Source: Auanema rhodensis (taxonomy: Eukaryota; Animalia; Nematoda). From it: a stretch of 64,000 bases of DNA. The stretch is taken from NCBI GenBank assembly GCA_964057225.1, contig OZ059897.1, positions 4,650,001-4,714,000 on the forward strand, in the 5' to 3' direction. Positions 38,366 to 53,300 of the stretch are shown here, one piece after another (the first letter of the stretch is position 1; each line of letters starts with the position of its first letter). The position numbers and the translations under genes were made by a program. The notes under the pieces were generated by a model. It worked only from the letters and a program-made list of their open reading frames with translations. It was not told the DNA's origin and did not search any database.

Positions 38366-41300
38366 ACACTCAACATTGCTTCCAAAAACATTTTGATAAA
38401 AATTTTCCCGAAAAATTTCTAAATAATTTCACAAAAAGTAGATGTTTTTAGATTCCTTTTTTCAAGACGAAGACGATGGACAATGTTTTTCAACGAAAAA
38501 ATCATTTCTTCAGAGTGAAAATCGAGGATATAAGTGTGAACATATATCAGTTGATATCTCGGTGCATTTTTAAGCTAACTCAAATCTGATAACACAGATC
38601 AACGCAGCTTAAAAATCCGCATCGAATGCACTATACTACATTGAGAAACGCTCTATACAAAAATTAGTTATTATCGTTTGAAAAATAATGCATTAGTGTA
38701 TGTTGAGTTCCCATGTACACTCAACATTGCTTCCAAAAACATTTTGACAAAACTTTTCCCGAAAAATTTCTAAATAATTTCACAAAAAGTAGATGTTTTT
38801 AGATTCCTTTTTTTAAGGCGAAGACGATGGACAATGTTATGCAACAAAAAAATCATTTCTTCAGGGTTAAAATCGAGGATATAAGTGTGAAAATATATCA
38901 GTTGATATCTCGGTGCATTTTTAAGCTAACTCAAATCTGATAACACAGATCGACGCAGCTTAAAAATCCGCATCGAATGCACTATACTACATTGAGAAAC
39001 GCTATTCACAAAAATCAGTTATGATCGTTTGAAAAATAATGCATTAGTGTATGTTGAGTTCCCATGTACACTCAACATTGCTTCCAAAAACATTTTGACA
39101 AAAATTTTCCCGAAAAATTTCTAAGTAATTTCACAAAAAGTAGATGTTTTTAGATTCCTTTTTTCAAGACGAAGACGATGGACAATGTTTTTCAACGAAA
39201 AAATCATTTCTTCAGGGTGAAAATCGAGGATATAAGTGTGAACATGTATCAGTTGATATCTCGGTGCATTTTTAAGCTAACTCAAATCTGATAACACAGA
39301 TCAACGCAGCTTAAAATTCCGCATCGAATGCACTATACTACATTGAGAAACGCTCTATACAAAAATTAGTTATTATCGTTTGAAAAATAATGCATTAGTG
39401 TATGTTGAGTTCCCATGTACACTCAACATTGCTTCCAAAAACATTTTGACAAAAAATTTCCCGAAAAATTTCTAAATAATTTCACAAAAAGTAGATGTTT
39501 TTAGATTCCTTTTTTCAAGGCGAAGACGATGGACAATGTTATGCAACAAAAAAATCATTTCTTCAGGGTTAAAATCGAGGATATAAGTGTGAAAATATAT
39601 CAGTTGATATCTCGGTGCATTTTTGAGCTAATTCAAATCTGATAACACAGATCAACGCAGCTTAAAAATCCGCATCGAATGCACTATACTACATTGAGAA
39701 ACGCTCTATACAAAAATTAGTTATGATCGTTTGAAAAATAATGCATTAGTGTATGTTGAGTTCCCATGTACACTCAACATTGCTTCCAAAAACATTTTGA
39801 CAAAAATTTTCCCGAAAAATTTCTAAATAATTTGACAAAAAGTAGATGTTTTTAGATTTCTTTTTTCAAGACGAAGACATTGGACAATGTTTTTCAACGA
39901 AAAAATCATTTCTTCAGGGTGAAAATCGAGGATATAAGTGTGAAACTATATCAGTTGATATCTCGGTGCATTTTTAAGCTAACTCAAACCTGATAACACA
40001 GATCGACGCAGCTTAAAAATTCGCATCGAATGCACTATACTACATTGAGAAACGCTCTATACAAAAATAAGTTATGATCGTTTGAAAAATAATGCATTAG
40101 TGTATGTTGAGTTCCCATGTACACTCAACATTGCTTCCAAAAACATTTTGACAAAAATTTTCCCGAAAAATTTCTAAATAGTTTCACAAAAAGTAGATGT
40201 TTTTAGATTCCTTTTTTCAAGGCGAAGACATTGGATAATGTTTTTCAACGAAAAAATCATTTCTTCAGGGTGAAAATCGAGAATATAAGTGTGAACCTAT
40301 ATCAGTTGATATCTCGGTGCATTTTTAAGCTAGCTCAAATCTGATAACACAGATCGACGCAGCTTAAAAATCCGCATCGAATGCTTTATACTACATTGAG
40401 AAACGCTATTCACAAAAATCAGTTATGATCGTTTGAAAAATAATGCATTAGTGTATGTTGAGTTCCCATGTACACTCAACATTGCTTCCAAAAACATTTT
40501 GACAAAAATTTTCCCGAAAAATTTCTAAATAATTTCACAAAAAGTAGATGTTTTTAGATTCCTTTTTTCAAGGCGAAGACGATGGACAATGTTATGCAAC
40601 AAAAAAATCATTTCTTCAGGGTTAAAATCGAGGATATAAGTGTGAAAATATATCAGTTGATATCTCGGTGCATTTTTAAGCTAACTCAAATCTGATAACA
40701 CAGATCGACGCAGCTTAAAAATCCGCATCGAATGCACTATACTACATTGAGAAACGCTATTCACAAAAATCAGTTATGATCGTTTGAAAAATAATGCATT
40801 AGTGTATGTTGAGTTCCCATGTACACTCAACATTGCTTCCAAAAACATTTTGACAAAAATTTTCCCGAAAAATTTCTAAATAATTTCACAAAAAATAGAT
40901 GTTTTTAGATTCCTTTTTTCAAGACGAAGACGATGGACAATGTTTTTCAACGAAAAAATCATTTCTTCAGGGTGAAAATCGAGGATATAAGTGTGAACAT
41001 ATATCAGTTGATATCTCGGTGCATTTTTAAGCTAACTCAAATCTGATAACACAGATCAACGCAGCTTAAAAATCCGCATCGAATGCACTATACTACATTG
41101 AGAAACGCTCTATACAAAAATTAGTTATTATCGTTTGAAAAATAATGCATTAGTGTATGTTGAGTTCCCATGTACACTCAACATTGCTTCCAAAAACATT
41201 TTGACAAAAATTTTCCCGAAAAATTTCTAAATAATTTCACAAAAAGTAGATGTTTTTAGATTCCTTTTTTCAAGGCGAAGACGATGGACAATGTTATGCA

Positions 41301-44300
41301 ACAAAAAAATCATTTCTTCAGGGTTAAAATCGAGGATATAAGTGTGAAAATATATCAGTTGATATCTCGGTGCATTTTTAAGCTAATTCAAATCTGATAA
41401 CACAGATCAACGCAGCTTAAAAATCCGCATCGAATGCACTATACTACATTGAGAAACGCTCTATACAAAAATTAGTTATGATCGTTTGAAAAATAATGCA
41501 TTAGTGTATGTTGAGTTCCCATGTACACTCAACATTGCTTCCAAAAACATTTTGACAAAAATTTTCCCGAAAAATTTCTAAATAATTTGACAAAAAGTAG
41601 ATGTTTTTAGATTCCTTTTTTCAAGGCGAAGACGATGGACAATGTTATGCAACAAAAAAATCATTTCTTCAGGGTTAAAATCGAGGATATAAGTGTGAAA
41701 ATATATCAGTTGATATCTCGGTGCATTTTTAAGCTAATTCAAATCTGATAACACAGATCAACGCAGCTTAAAAATCCGCATCGAATGCACTATACTACAT
41801 TGAGAAACGCTCTATACAAAAATTAGTTATGATCGTTTGAAAAATAATGCATTAGTGTATGTTGAGTTCCCATGTACACTCAACATTGCTTCCAAAAACA
41901 TTTTGACAAAAATTTTCCCGAAAAATTTCTAAATAATTTGACAAAAAGTAGATGTTTTTAGATTCCTTTTTTCAAGGCGAAGACATTGGATAATGTTTTT
42001 CAACGAAAAAATCATTTCTTCAGGGTGAAAATCGAGAATATAAGTGTGAACCTATATCAGTTGATATCTCGGTGCATTTTTAAGCTAGCTCAAATCTGAT
42101 AACACAGATCGACGCAGCTTAAAAATCCGCATCGAATGCACTATACTACATTGAGAAACGCTATTCACAAAAATCAGTTATGATCGTTTGAAAAATAATG
42201 CATTAGTGTATGTTGAGTTCCCATGTACACTCAACATTGCTTCCAAAAACATTTTGATAAAAATTTTCCCGAAAAATTTCTAAATAATTTCACAAAAAGT
42301 AGATGTTTTTAGATTCCTTTTTTCAAGACGAAGACGATGGACAATGTTTTTCAACGAAAAAATCATTTCTTCAGAGTGAAAATCGAGGATATAAGTGTGA
42401 ACATATATCAGTTGATATCTCGGTGCATTTTTAAGCTAACTCAAATCTGATAACACAGATCAACGCAGCTTAAAAATCCGCATCGAATGCACTATACTAC
42501 ATTGAGAAACGCTATTCACAAAAATCAGTTATGATCGTTTGAAAAATAATGCATTAGTGTATGTTGAGTTCCCATGTACACTCAACATTGCTTCCAAAAA
42601 CATTTTGACAAAACTTTTCCCGAAAAATTTCTAAATAATTTCACAAAAAGTAGATGTTTTTAGATTCCTTTTTTCAAGGCGAAGACGATGGACAATGTTA
42701 TGCAACAAAAAAATCATTTCTTCAGGGTTAAAATCGAGGATATAAGTGTGAAAATATATCAGTTGATATCTCGGTGCATTTTTAAGCTAACTCAAATCTG
42801 ATAACACAGATCGACGCAGCTTAAAAATCCGCATCGAATGCACTATACTACATTGAGAAACGCTATTCACAAAAATCAGTTATGATCGTTTGAAAAATAA
42901 TGCATTAGTGTATGTTGAGTTCCCATGTACACTCAACATTGCTTCCAAAAACATTTTGACAAAAATTTTCCCGAAAAATTTCTAAGTAATTTCACAAAAA
43001 GTAGATGTTTTTAGATTCCTTTTTTCAAGACGAAGACGATGGACAATGTTTTTCAACGAAAAAATCATTTCTTCAGGGTGAAAATCGAGGATATAAGTGT
43101 GAACATGTATCAGTTGATATCTCGGTGCATTTTTAAGCTAACTCAAATCTGATAACACAGATCAACGCAGCTTAAAAATCCGCATCGAATGCACTATACT
43201 ACATTGAGAAACGCTCTATACAAAAATTAGTTATTATCGTTTGAAAAATAATGCATTAGTGTATGTTGAGTTCCCATGTACACTCAACATTGCTTCCAAA
43301 AACATTTTGACAAAAAATTTCCCGAAAAATTTCTAAATAATTTCACAAAAAGTAGATGTTTTTAGATTCCTTTTTTCAAGGCGAAGACGATGGACAATGT
43401 TATGCAACAAAAAAATCATTTCTTCAGGGTTAAAATCGAGGATATAAGTGTGAAAATATATCAGTTGATATCTCGGTGCATTTTTAAGCTAATTCAAATC
43501 TGATAACACAGATCAACGCAGCTTAAAAATCCGCATCGAATGCACTATACTACATTGAGAAACGCTCTATACAAAAATTAGTTATGATCGTTTGAAAAAT
43601 AATGCATTAGTGTATGTTGAGTTCCCATGTACACTCAACATTGCTTCCAAAAACATTTTGACAAAAATTTTCCCGAAAAATTTCTAAATAATTTGACAAA
43701 AAGTAGATGTTTTTAGATTTCTTTTTTCAAGACGAAGACATTGGACAATGTTTTTCAACGAAAAAATCATTTCTTCAGGGTGAAAATCGAGGATATAAGT
43801 GTGAAACTATATCAGTTGATATCTCGGTGCATTTTTAAGCTAACTCAAATCTGATAACACAGATCGACGCAGCTTAAAAATTCGCATCGAATGCACTATA
43901 CTACATTGAGAAACGCTCTATACAAAAATAAGTTATGATCGTTTGAAAAATAATGCATTAGTGTATGTTGAGTTCCCATGTACACTCAACATTGCTTCCA
44001 AAAACATTTTGACAAAAATTTTCCCGAAAAATTTCTAAATAGTTTCACAAAAAGTAGATGTTTTTAGATTCCTTTTTTCAAGGCGAAGACATTGGATAAT
44101 GTTTTTCAACGAAAAAATCATTTCTTCAGGGTGAAAATCGAGAATATAAGTGTGAACCTATATCAGTTGATATCTCGGTGCATTTTTAAGCTAGCTCAAA
44201 TCTGATAACACAGATCGACGCAGCTTAAAAATCCGCATCGAATGCTTTATACTACATTGAGAAACGCTATTCACAAAAATCAGTTATGATCGTTTGAAAA

Positions 44301-47300
44301 ATAATGCATTAGTGTATGTTGAGTTCCCATGTACACTCAACATTGCTTCCAAAAACATTTTGACAAAAATTTTCCCGAAAAATTTCTAAATAATTTCACA
44401 AAAAGTAGATGTTTTTAGATTCCTTTTTTCAAGGCGAAGACGATGGACAATGTTATGCAACAAAAAAATCATTTCTTCAGGGTTAAAATCGAGGATATAA
44501 GTGTGAAAATATATCAGTTGATATCTCGGTGCATTTTTAAGCTAACTCAAATCTGATAACACAGATCGACGCAGCTTAAAAATCCGCATCGAATGCACTA
44601 TACTACATTGAGAAACGCTATTCACAAAAATCAGTTATGATCGTTTGAAAAATAATGCATTAGTGTATGTTGAGTTCCCATGTACACTCAACATTGCTTC
44701 CAAAAACATTTTGACAAAAATTTTCCCGAAAAATTTCTAAATAATTTCACAAAAAAATAGATGTTTTTAGATTCCTTTTTTCAAGACGAAGACGATGGAC
44801 AATGTTTTTCAACGAAAAAATCATTTCTTCAGGGTGAAAATCGAGGATATAAGTGTGAACATATATCAGTTGATATCTCGGTGCATTTTTAAGCTAACTC
44901 AAATCTGATAACACAGATCAACGCAGCTTAAAAATCCGCATCGAATGCACTATACTACATTGAGAAACGCTCTATACAAAAATTAGTTATTATCGTTTGA
45001 AAAATAATGCATTAGTGTATGTTGAGTTCCCATGTACACTCAACATTGCTTCCAAAAACATTTTGACAAAAATTTTCCCGAAAAATTTCTAAATAATTTC
45101 ACAAAAAGTAGATGTTTTTAGATTCCTTTTTTCAAGGCGAAGACGATGGACAATGTTATGCAACAAAAAAATCATTTCTTCAGGGTTAAAATCGAGGATA
45201 TAAGTGTGAACATATATCAGTTGATATCTCGGTGCATTTTTAAGTTAACTCAAATCTGATAACACAGATCAACGCAGCTTAAAAATCCGCATCGAATGCA
45301 CTATACTACATTGAGAAACGCTATTCACAAAAATCAGTTATGATCGTTTGAAAAATAATGCATTAGTGTATGTTGAGTTCCCATGTACACTCAACATTGC
45401 TTCCAAAAACATTTTGATAAAAATTTTCCCGAAAAATTTCTAAATAATTTCACAAAAAGTAGATGTTTTTAGATTCCTTTTTTCAAGACGAAGACGATGG
45501 ACAATGTTTTTCAACGAAAAAATCATTTCTTCAGAGTGAAAATCGAGGATATAAGTGTGAAAATATATCAGTTGATATCTCGGTGCATTTTTAAGCTAAC
45601 TCAAATCTGATAACACAGATCGACGCAGCTTAAAAATCCGCATCGAATGCACTATACTACATTGAGAAACGCTATTCACAAAAATCAGTTATGATCGTTT
45701 GAAAAATAATGCATTAGTGTATGTTGAGTTCCCATGTACACTCAACATTGCTTCCAAAAACATTTTGACAAAAATTTTCCCGAAAAATTTCTAAATAATT
45801 TCACAAAAAGTAGATGTTTTTAGATTCCTTTTTTCAAGACGAAGACGATGGACAATGTTTTTCAACGAAAAAATCATTTCTTCAGGGTGAAAATCGAGGA
45901 TATAAGTGTGAACATATATCAGTTGATATCTCGGTGCATTTTTAAGCTAACTCAAATCTGATAACACAGATCAACGCAGCTTAAAAATCCGCATCGAATG
46001 CACTATACTACATTGAGAAACGCTCTATACAAAAATTAGTTATTATCGTTTGAAAAATAATGCATTAGTGTATGTTGAGTTCCCATGTACACTCAACATT
46101 GCTTCCAAAAACATTTTGACAAAAATTTTCCCGAAAAATTTCTAAATAATTTCACAAAAAGTAGATGTTTTTAGATTCCTTTTTTCAAGGCGAAGACGAT
46201 GGACAATGTTATGCAACAAAAAAATCATTTCTTCAGGGTTAAAATCGAGGATATAAGTGTGAAAATATATCAGTTGATATCTCGGTGCATTTTTAAGCTA
46301 ATTCAAATCTGATAACACAGATCAACGCAGCTTAAAAATCCGCATCGAATGCACTATACTACATTGAGAAACGCTATTCACAAAAATCAGTTATGATCGT
46401 TTGAAAAATAATGCATTAGTGTATGTTGAGTTCCCATGTACACTCAACATTGCTTCCAAAAACATTTTGACAAAAATTTTCCCGAAAAATTTCTAAATAA
46501 TTTGACAAAAAGTAGATGTTTTTAGATTCCTTTTTTCAAGGCGAAGACGATGGACAATGTTATGCAACAAAAAAATCATTTCTTCAGGGTTAAAATCGAG
46601 GATATAAGTGTGAAAATATATCAGTTGATATCTCGGTGCATTTTTAAGCTAATTCAAATCTGATAACACAGATCAACGCAGCTTAAAAATCCGCATCGAA
46701 TGCACTATACTACATTGAGAAACGCTCTATACAAAAATTAGTTATGATCGTTTGAAAAATAATGCATTAGTGTATGTTGAGTTCCCATGTACACTCAACA
46801 TTGCTTCCAAAAACATTTTGACAAAAATTTTCCCGAAAAATTTCTAAATAATTTGACAAAAAGTAGATGTTTTTAGATTCCTTTTTTCAAGGCGAAGACA
46901 TTGGATAATGTTTTTCAACGAAAAAATCATTTCTTCAGGGTGAAAATCGAGAATATAAGTGTGAACCTATATCAGTTGATATCTCGGTGCATTTTTAAGC
47001 TAGCTCAAATCTGATAACACAGATCGACGCAGCTTAAAAATCCGCATCGAATGCACTATACTACATTGAGAAACGCTATTCACAAAAATCAGTTATGATC
47101 GTTTGAAAAATAATGCATTAGTGTATGTTGAGTTCCCATGTACACTCAACATTGCTTCCAAAAACATTTTGATAAAAATTTTCCCGAAAAATTTCTAAAT
47201 AATTTCACAAAAAGTAGATGTTTTTAGATTCCTTTTTTCAAGACGAAGACGATGGACAATGTTTTTCAACGAAAAAATCATTTCTTCAGAGTGAAAATCG

Positions 47301-50300
47301 AGGATATAAGTGTGAACATATATCAGTTGATATCTCGGTGCATTTTTAAGCTAACTCAAATCTGATAACACAGATCAACGCAGCTTAAAAATCCGCATCG
47401 AATGCACTATACTACATTGAGAAACGCTCTATACAAAAATTAGTTATTATCGTTTGAAAAATAATGCATTAGTGTATGTTGAGTTCCCATGTACACTCAA
47501 CATTGCTTCCAAAAACATTTTGACAAAACTTTTCCCGAAAAATTTCTAAATAATTTCACAAAAAGTAGATGTTTTTAGATTCCTTTTTTCAAGGCGAAGA
47601 CGATGGACAATGTTATGCAACAAAAAAATCATTTCTTCAGGGTTAAAATCGAGGTTATAAGTGTGAAAATATATCAGTTGATATCTCGGTGCATTTTTAA
47701 GCTAACTCAAATCTGATAACACAGATCGACGCAGCTTAAAAATCCGCATCGAATGCACTATACTACATTGAGAAACGCTATTCACAAAAATCAGTTATGA
47801 TCGTTTGAAAAATAATGCATTAGTGTATGTTGAGTTCCCATGTACACTCAACATTGCTTCCAAAAACATTTTGACAAAAATTTTCCCGAAAAATTTCTAA
47901 GTAATTTCACAAAAAGTAGATGTTTTTAGATTCCTTTTTTCAAGACGAAGACGATGGACAATGTTTTTCAACGAAAAAATCATTTCTTCAGGGTGAAAAT
48001 CGAGGATATAAGTGTGAACATGTATCAGTTGATATCTCGGTGCATTTTTAAGCTAACTCAAATCTGATAACACAGATCAACGCAGCTTAAAAATCCGCAT
48101 CGAATGCACTATACTACATTGAGAAACGCTCTATACAAAAATTAGTTATTATCGTTTGAAAAATAATGCATTAGTGTATGTTGAGTTCCCATGTACACTC
48201 AACATTGCTTCCAAAAACATTTTGACAAAAAATTTCCCGAAAAATTTCTAAATAATTTCACAAAAAGTAGATGTTTTTAGATTCCTTTTTTCAAGGCGAA
48301 GACGATGGACAATGTTATGCAACAAAAAAATCATTTCTTCAGGGTTAAAATCGAGGATATAAGTGTGAAAATATATCAGTTGATATCTCGGTGCATTTTT
48401 AAGCTAATTCAAATCTGATAACACAGATCAACGCAGCTTAAAAATCCGCATCGAATGCACTATACTACATTGAGAAACGCTCTATACAAAAATTAGTTAT
48501 GATCGTTTGAAAAATAATGCATTAGTGTATGTTGAGTTCCCATGTACACTCAACATTGCTTCCAAAAACATTTTGACAAAAATTTTCCCGAAAAATTTCT
48601 AAATAATTTGACAAAAAGTAGATGTTTTTAGATTTCTTTTTTCAAGACGAAGACATTGGACAATGTTTTTCAACGAAAAAATCATTTCTTCAGGGTGAAA
48701 ATCGAGGATATAAGTGTGAAACTATATCAGTTGATATCTCGGTGCATTTTTAAGCTAACTCAAATCTGATAACACAGATCGACGCAGCTTAAAAATTCGC
48801 ATCGAATGCACTATACTACATTGAGAAACGCTCTATACAAAAATAAGTTATGATCGTTTGAAAAATAATGCATTAGTGTATGTTGAGTTCCCATGTACAC
48901 TCAACATTGCTTCCAAAAACATTTTGACAAAAATTTTCCCGAAAAATTTCTAAATAGTTTCACAAAAAGTAGATGTTTTTAGATTCCTTTTTTCAAGGCG
49001 AAGACATTGGATAATGTTTTTCAACGAAAAAATCATTTCTTCAGGGTGAAAATCGAGAATATAAGTGTGAACCTATATCAGTTGATATCTCGGTGCATTT
49101 TTAAGCTAGCTCAAATCTGATAACACAGATCGACGCAGCTTAAAAATCCGCATCGAATGCTTTATACTACATTGAGAAACGCTATTCACAAAAATCAGTT
49201 ATGATCGTTTGAAAAATAATGCATTAGTGTATGTTGAGTTCCCATGTACACTCAACATTGCTTCCAAAAACATTTTGACAAAAATTTTCCCGAAAAATTT
49301 CTAAATAATTTCACAAAAAGTAGATGTTTTTAGATTCCTTTTTTCAAGGCGAAGACGATGGACAATGTTATGCAACAAAAAAATCATTTCTTCAGGGTTA
49401 AAATCGAGGATATAAGTGTGAAAATATATCAGTTGATATCTCGGTGCATTTTTAAGCTAACTCAAATCTGATAACACAGATCGACGCAGCTTAAAAATCC
49501 GCATCGAATGCACTATACTACATTGAGAAACGCTATTCACAAAAATCAGTTATGATCGTTTGAAAAATAATGCATTAGTGTATGTTGAGTTCCCATGTAC
49601 ACTCAACATTGCTTCCAAAAACATTTTGACAAAAATTTTCCCGAAAAATTTCTAAATAATTTCACAAAAAAATAGATGTTTTTAGATTCCTTTTTTCAAG
49701 ACGAAGACGATGGACAATGTTTTTCAACGAAAAAATCATTTCTTCAGGGTGAAAATCGAGGATATAAGTGTGAACATATATCAGTTGATATCTCGGTGCA
49801 TTTTTAAGCTAACTCAAATCTGATAACACAGATCAACGCAGCTTAAAAATCCGCATCGAATGCACTATACTACATTGAGAAACGCTCTATACAAAAATTA
49901 GTTATTATCGTTTGAAAAATAATGCATTAGTGTATGTTGAGTTCCCATGTACACTCAACATTGCTTCCAAAAACATTTTGACAAAAATTTTCCCGAAAAA
50001 TTTCTAAATAATTTCACAAAAAGTAGATGTTTTTAGATTCCTTTTTTCAAGGCGAAGACGATGGACAATGTTATGCAACAAAAAAATCATTTCTTCAGGG
50101 TTAAAATCGAGGATATAAGTGTGAAAATATATCAGTTGATATCTCGGTGCATTTTTAAGCTAATTCAAATCTGATAACACAGATCAACGCAGCTTAAAAA
50201 TCCGCATCGAATGCACTATACTACATTGAGAAACGCTCTATACAAAAATTAGTTATGATCGTTTGAAAAATAATGCATTAGTGTATGTTGAGTTCCCATG

Positions 50301-53300
50301 TACACTCAACATTGCTTCCAAAAACATTTTGACAAAAATTTTCCCGAAAAATTTCTAAATAATTTGACAAAAAGTAGATGTTTTTAGATTTCTTTTTTCA
50401 AGACGAAGACATTGGACAATGTTTTTCAACGAAAAAATCATTTCTTCAGGGTGAAAATCGAGGATATAAGTGTGAAACTATATCAGTTGATATCTCGGTG
50501 CATTTTTAAGCTAACTCAAATCTGATAACACAGATCGACGCAGCTTAAAAATTCGCATCGAATGCACTATACTACATTGAGAAACGCTCTATACAAAAAT
50601 AAGTTATGATCGTTTGAAAAATAATGCATTAGTGTATGTTGAGTTCCCATGTACACTCAACATTGCTTCCAAAAACATTTTGACAAAAATTTTCCCGAAA
50701 AATTTCTAAATAATTTCACAAAAAGTAGATGTTTTTAGATTCCTTTTTTCAAGACGAAGACGATGGACAATGTTTTTCAACGAAAAAATCATTTCTTCAG
50801 AGTGAAAATCGAGGATATAAGTGTGAACATATATCAGTTGATATCTCGGTGCATTTTTAAGCTAACTCAAATCTGATAACACAGATCAACGCAGCTTAAA
50901 AATCCGCATCGAATGCACTATACTACATTGAGAAACGCTCTATACAAAAATTAGTTATTATCGTTTGAAAAATAATGCATTAGTGTATGTTGAGTTCCCA
51001 TGTACACTCAACATTGCTTCCAAAAACATTTTGACAAAAATTTTCCCGAAAAATTTCTAAATAATTTCACAAAAAGTAGATGTTTTTAGATTCCTTTTTT
51101 CAAGGCGAAGACGATGGACAATGTTATGCAACAAAAAAATCATTTCTTCAGGGTTAAAATCGAGGATGTAAGTGTGAAAATATATCAGTTGATATCTCGG
51201 TGCATTTTTAAGCTAACTCAAATCTGATAACACAGATCAACGCAGCTTAAAAATCCGCATCGAATGCACTATACTACATTGAGAAACGCTCTATACAAAA
51301 ATTAGTTATTATCGTTTGAAAAATAATGCATTAGTGTATGTTGAGTTCCCATGTACACTCAACATTGCTTCCAAAAACATTTTGACAAAAATTTTCCCGA
51401 AAAATTTCTAAATAATTTCACAAAAAGTAGATGTTTTTAGATTCCTTTTTTCAAGGCGAAAACATTGGATAATGTTTTTCAACAAAAAAATCATTTCTTC
51501 AGGGTGAAAATCGAGAATATAAGTGTGAACCTATATCAGTTGATATCTCGGTGCATTTTTAAGCTAGCTCAAATCTGATAACGCAGATCGACGCAGCTTA
51601 AAAATCCGCATCGAATGCACTATACTACATTGAGAAACGCTCTATACAAAAATTAGTTATAATCGTTTGAAAAATAATGCATTAGTGTATGTTGAGTTCC
51701 CATGTACACTCAACATTGCTTCCAAAAACATTTTGACAAAAATTTTCCCGAAAAATTTCTAAATAATTTCACAAAAAGAAGATGTTTTTAGATTTCTTTT
51801 TTCAAGGCGAAGACGATGGACAATGTTTTTCAACGAAAAAATCTTTTCTTCAGGGTGAAAATCGAGGATATAAGTGTGAACATATATCAGTTGATATCTC
51901 GGTGCATTTTTAAGTTAACTCAAATCTGATAATACAGATCGACGCAGCTTAAAATTCCGCATCGAATGCACTATACTACATTGAGAAACGCTCTTTACAA
52001 AAAATAGTTATGATCGTTTGAAAAATAATGCATTAGTGTATGTTGAGTTCCCATGTACACTCAACATTGCTTCCAAAAACATTTTGACAAAAATATTCCC
52101 GAAAAATTTCTAAATAATTTGACAAAAAGTAGATGTTTTTAGATTCCTTTTTTCAAGGCGAAGACATTGGATAATGTTTTTCAACGAAAAAATCATTTCT
52201 TCAGGGTGAAAATCGAGAATATAAGTGTGAACCTATATCAGTTGATATCTCGGTGCATTTTTAAGCTAGCTCAAATCTGATAACACAGATCGACGCAGCT
52301 TAAAAATCCGCATCGAATGCACTATACTACATTGAGAAACGCTATTCACAAAAATCAGTTATGATCGTTTGAAAAATAATGCATTAGTGTATGTTGAGTT
52401 CCCATGTACACTCAACATTGCTTCCAAAAACATTTTGATAAAAATTTTCCCGAAAAATTTCTAAATAATTTCACAAAAAGTAGATGTTTTTAGATTCCTT
52501 TTTTCAAGACGAAGACGATGGACAATGTTTTTCAACGAAAAAATCATTTCTTCAGAGTGAAAATCGAGGATATAAGTGTGAACATATATCAGTTGATATC
52601 TCGGTGCATTTTTAAGCTAACTCAAATCTGATAACACAGATCAACGCAGCTTAAAAATCCGCATCGAATGCACTATACTACATTGAGAAACGCTCTATAC
52701 AAAAATTAGTTATTATCGTTTGAAAAATAATGCATTAGTGTATGTTGAGTTCCCATGTACACTCAACATTGCTTCCAAAAACATTTTGACAAAAATTTTC
52801 CCGAAAAATTTCTAAATAATTTCACAAAAAGTAGATGTTTTTAGATTCCTTTTTTCAAGGCGAAGACGATGGACAATGTTATGCAACAAAAAAATCATTT
52901 CTTCAGGGTTAAAATCGAGGATATAAGTGTGAAAATATATCAGTTGATATCTCGGTGCATTTTTAAGCTAACTCAAATCTGATAACACAGATCGACGCAG
53001 CTTAAAAATCCGCATCGAATGCACTATACTACATTGAGAAACGCTATTCACAAAAATCAGTTATGATCGTTTGAAAAATAATGCATTAGTGTATGTTGAG
53101 TTCCCATGTACACTCAACATTGCTTCCAAAAACATTTTGACAAAAATTTTCCCGAAAAATTTCTAAATAATTTCACAAAAAGTAGATGTTTTTAGATTCC
53201 TTTTTTCAAGACGAAGACGATGGACAATGTTTTTCAACGAAAAAATCATTTCTTCAGGGTGAAAATCGAGGATATAAGTGTGAACATATATCAGTTGATA

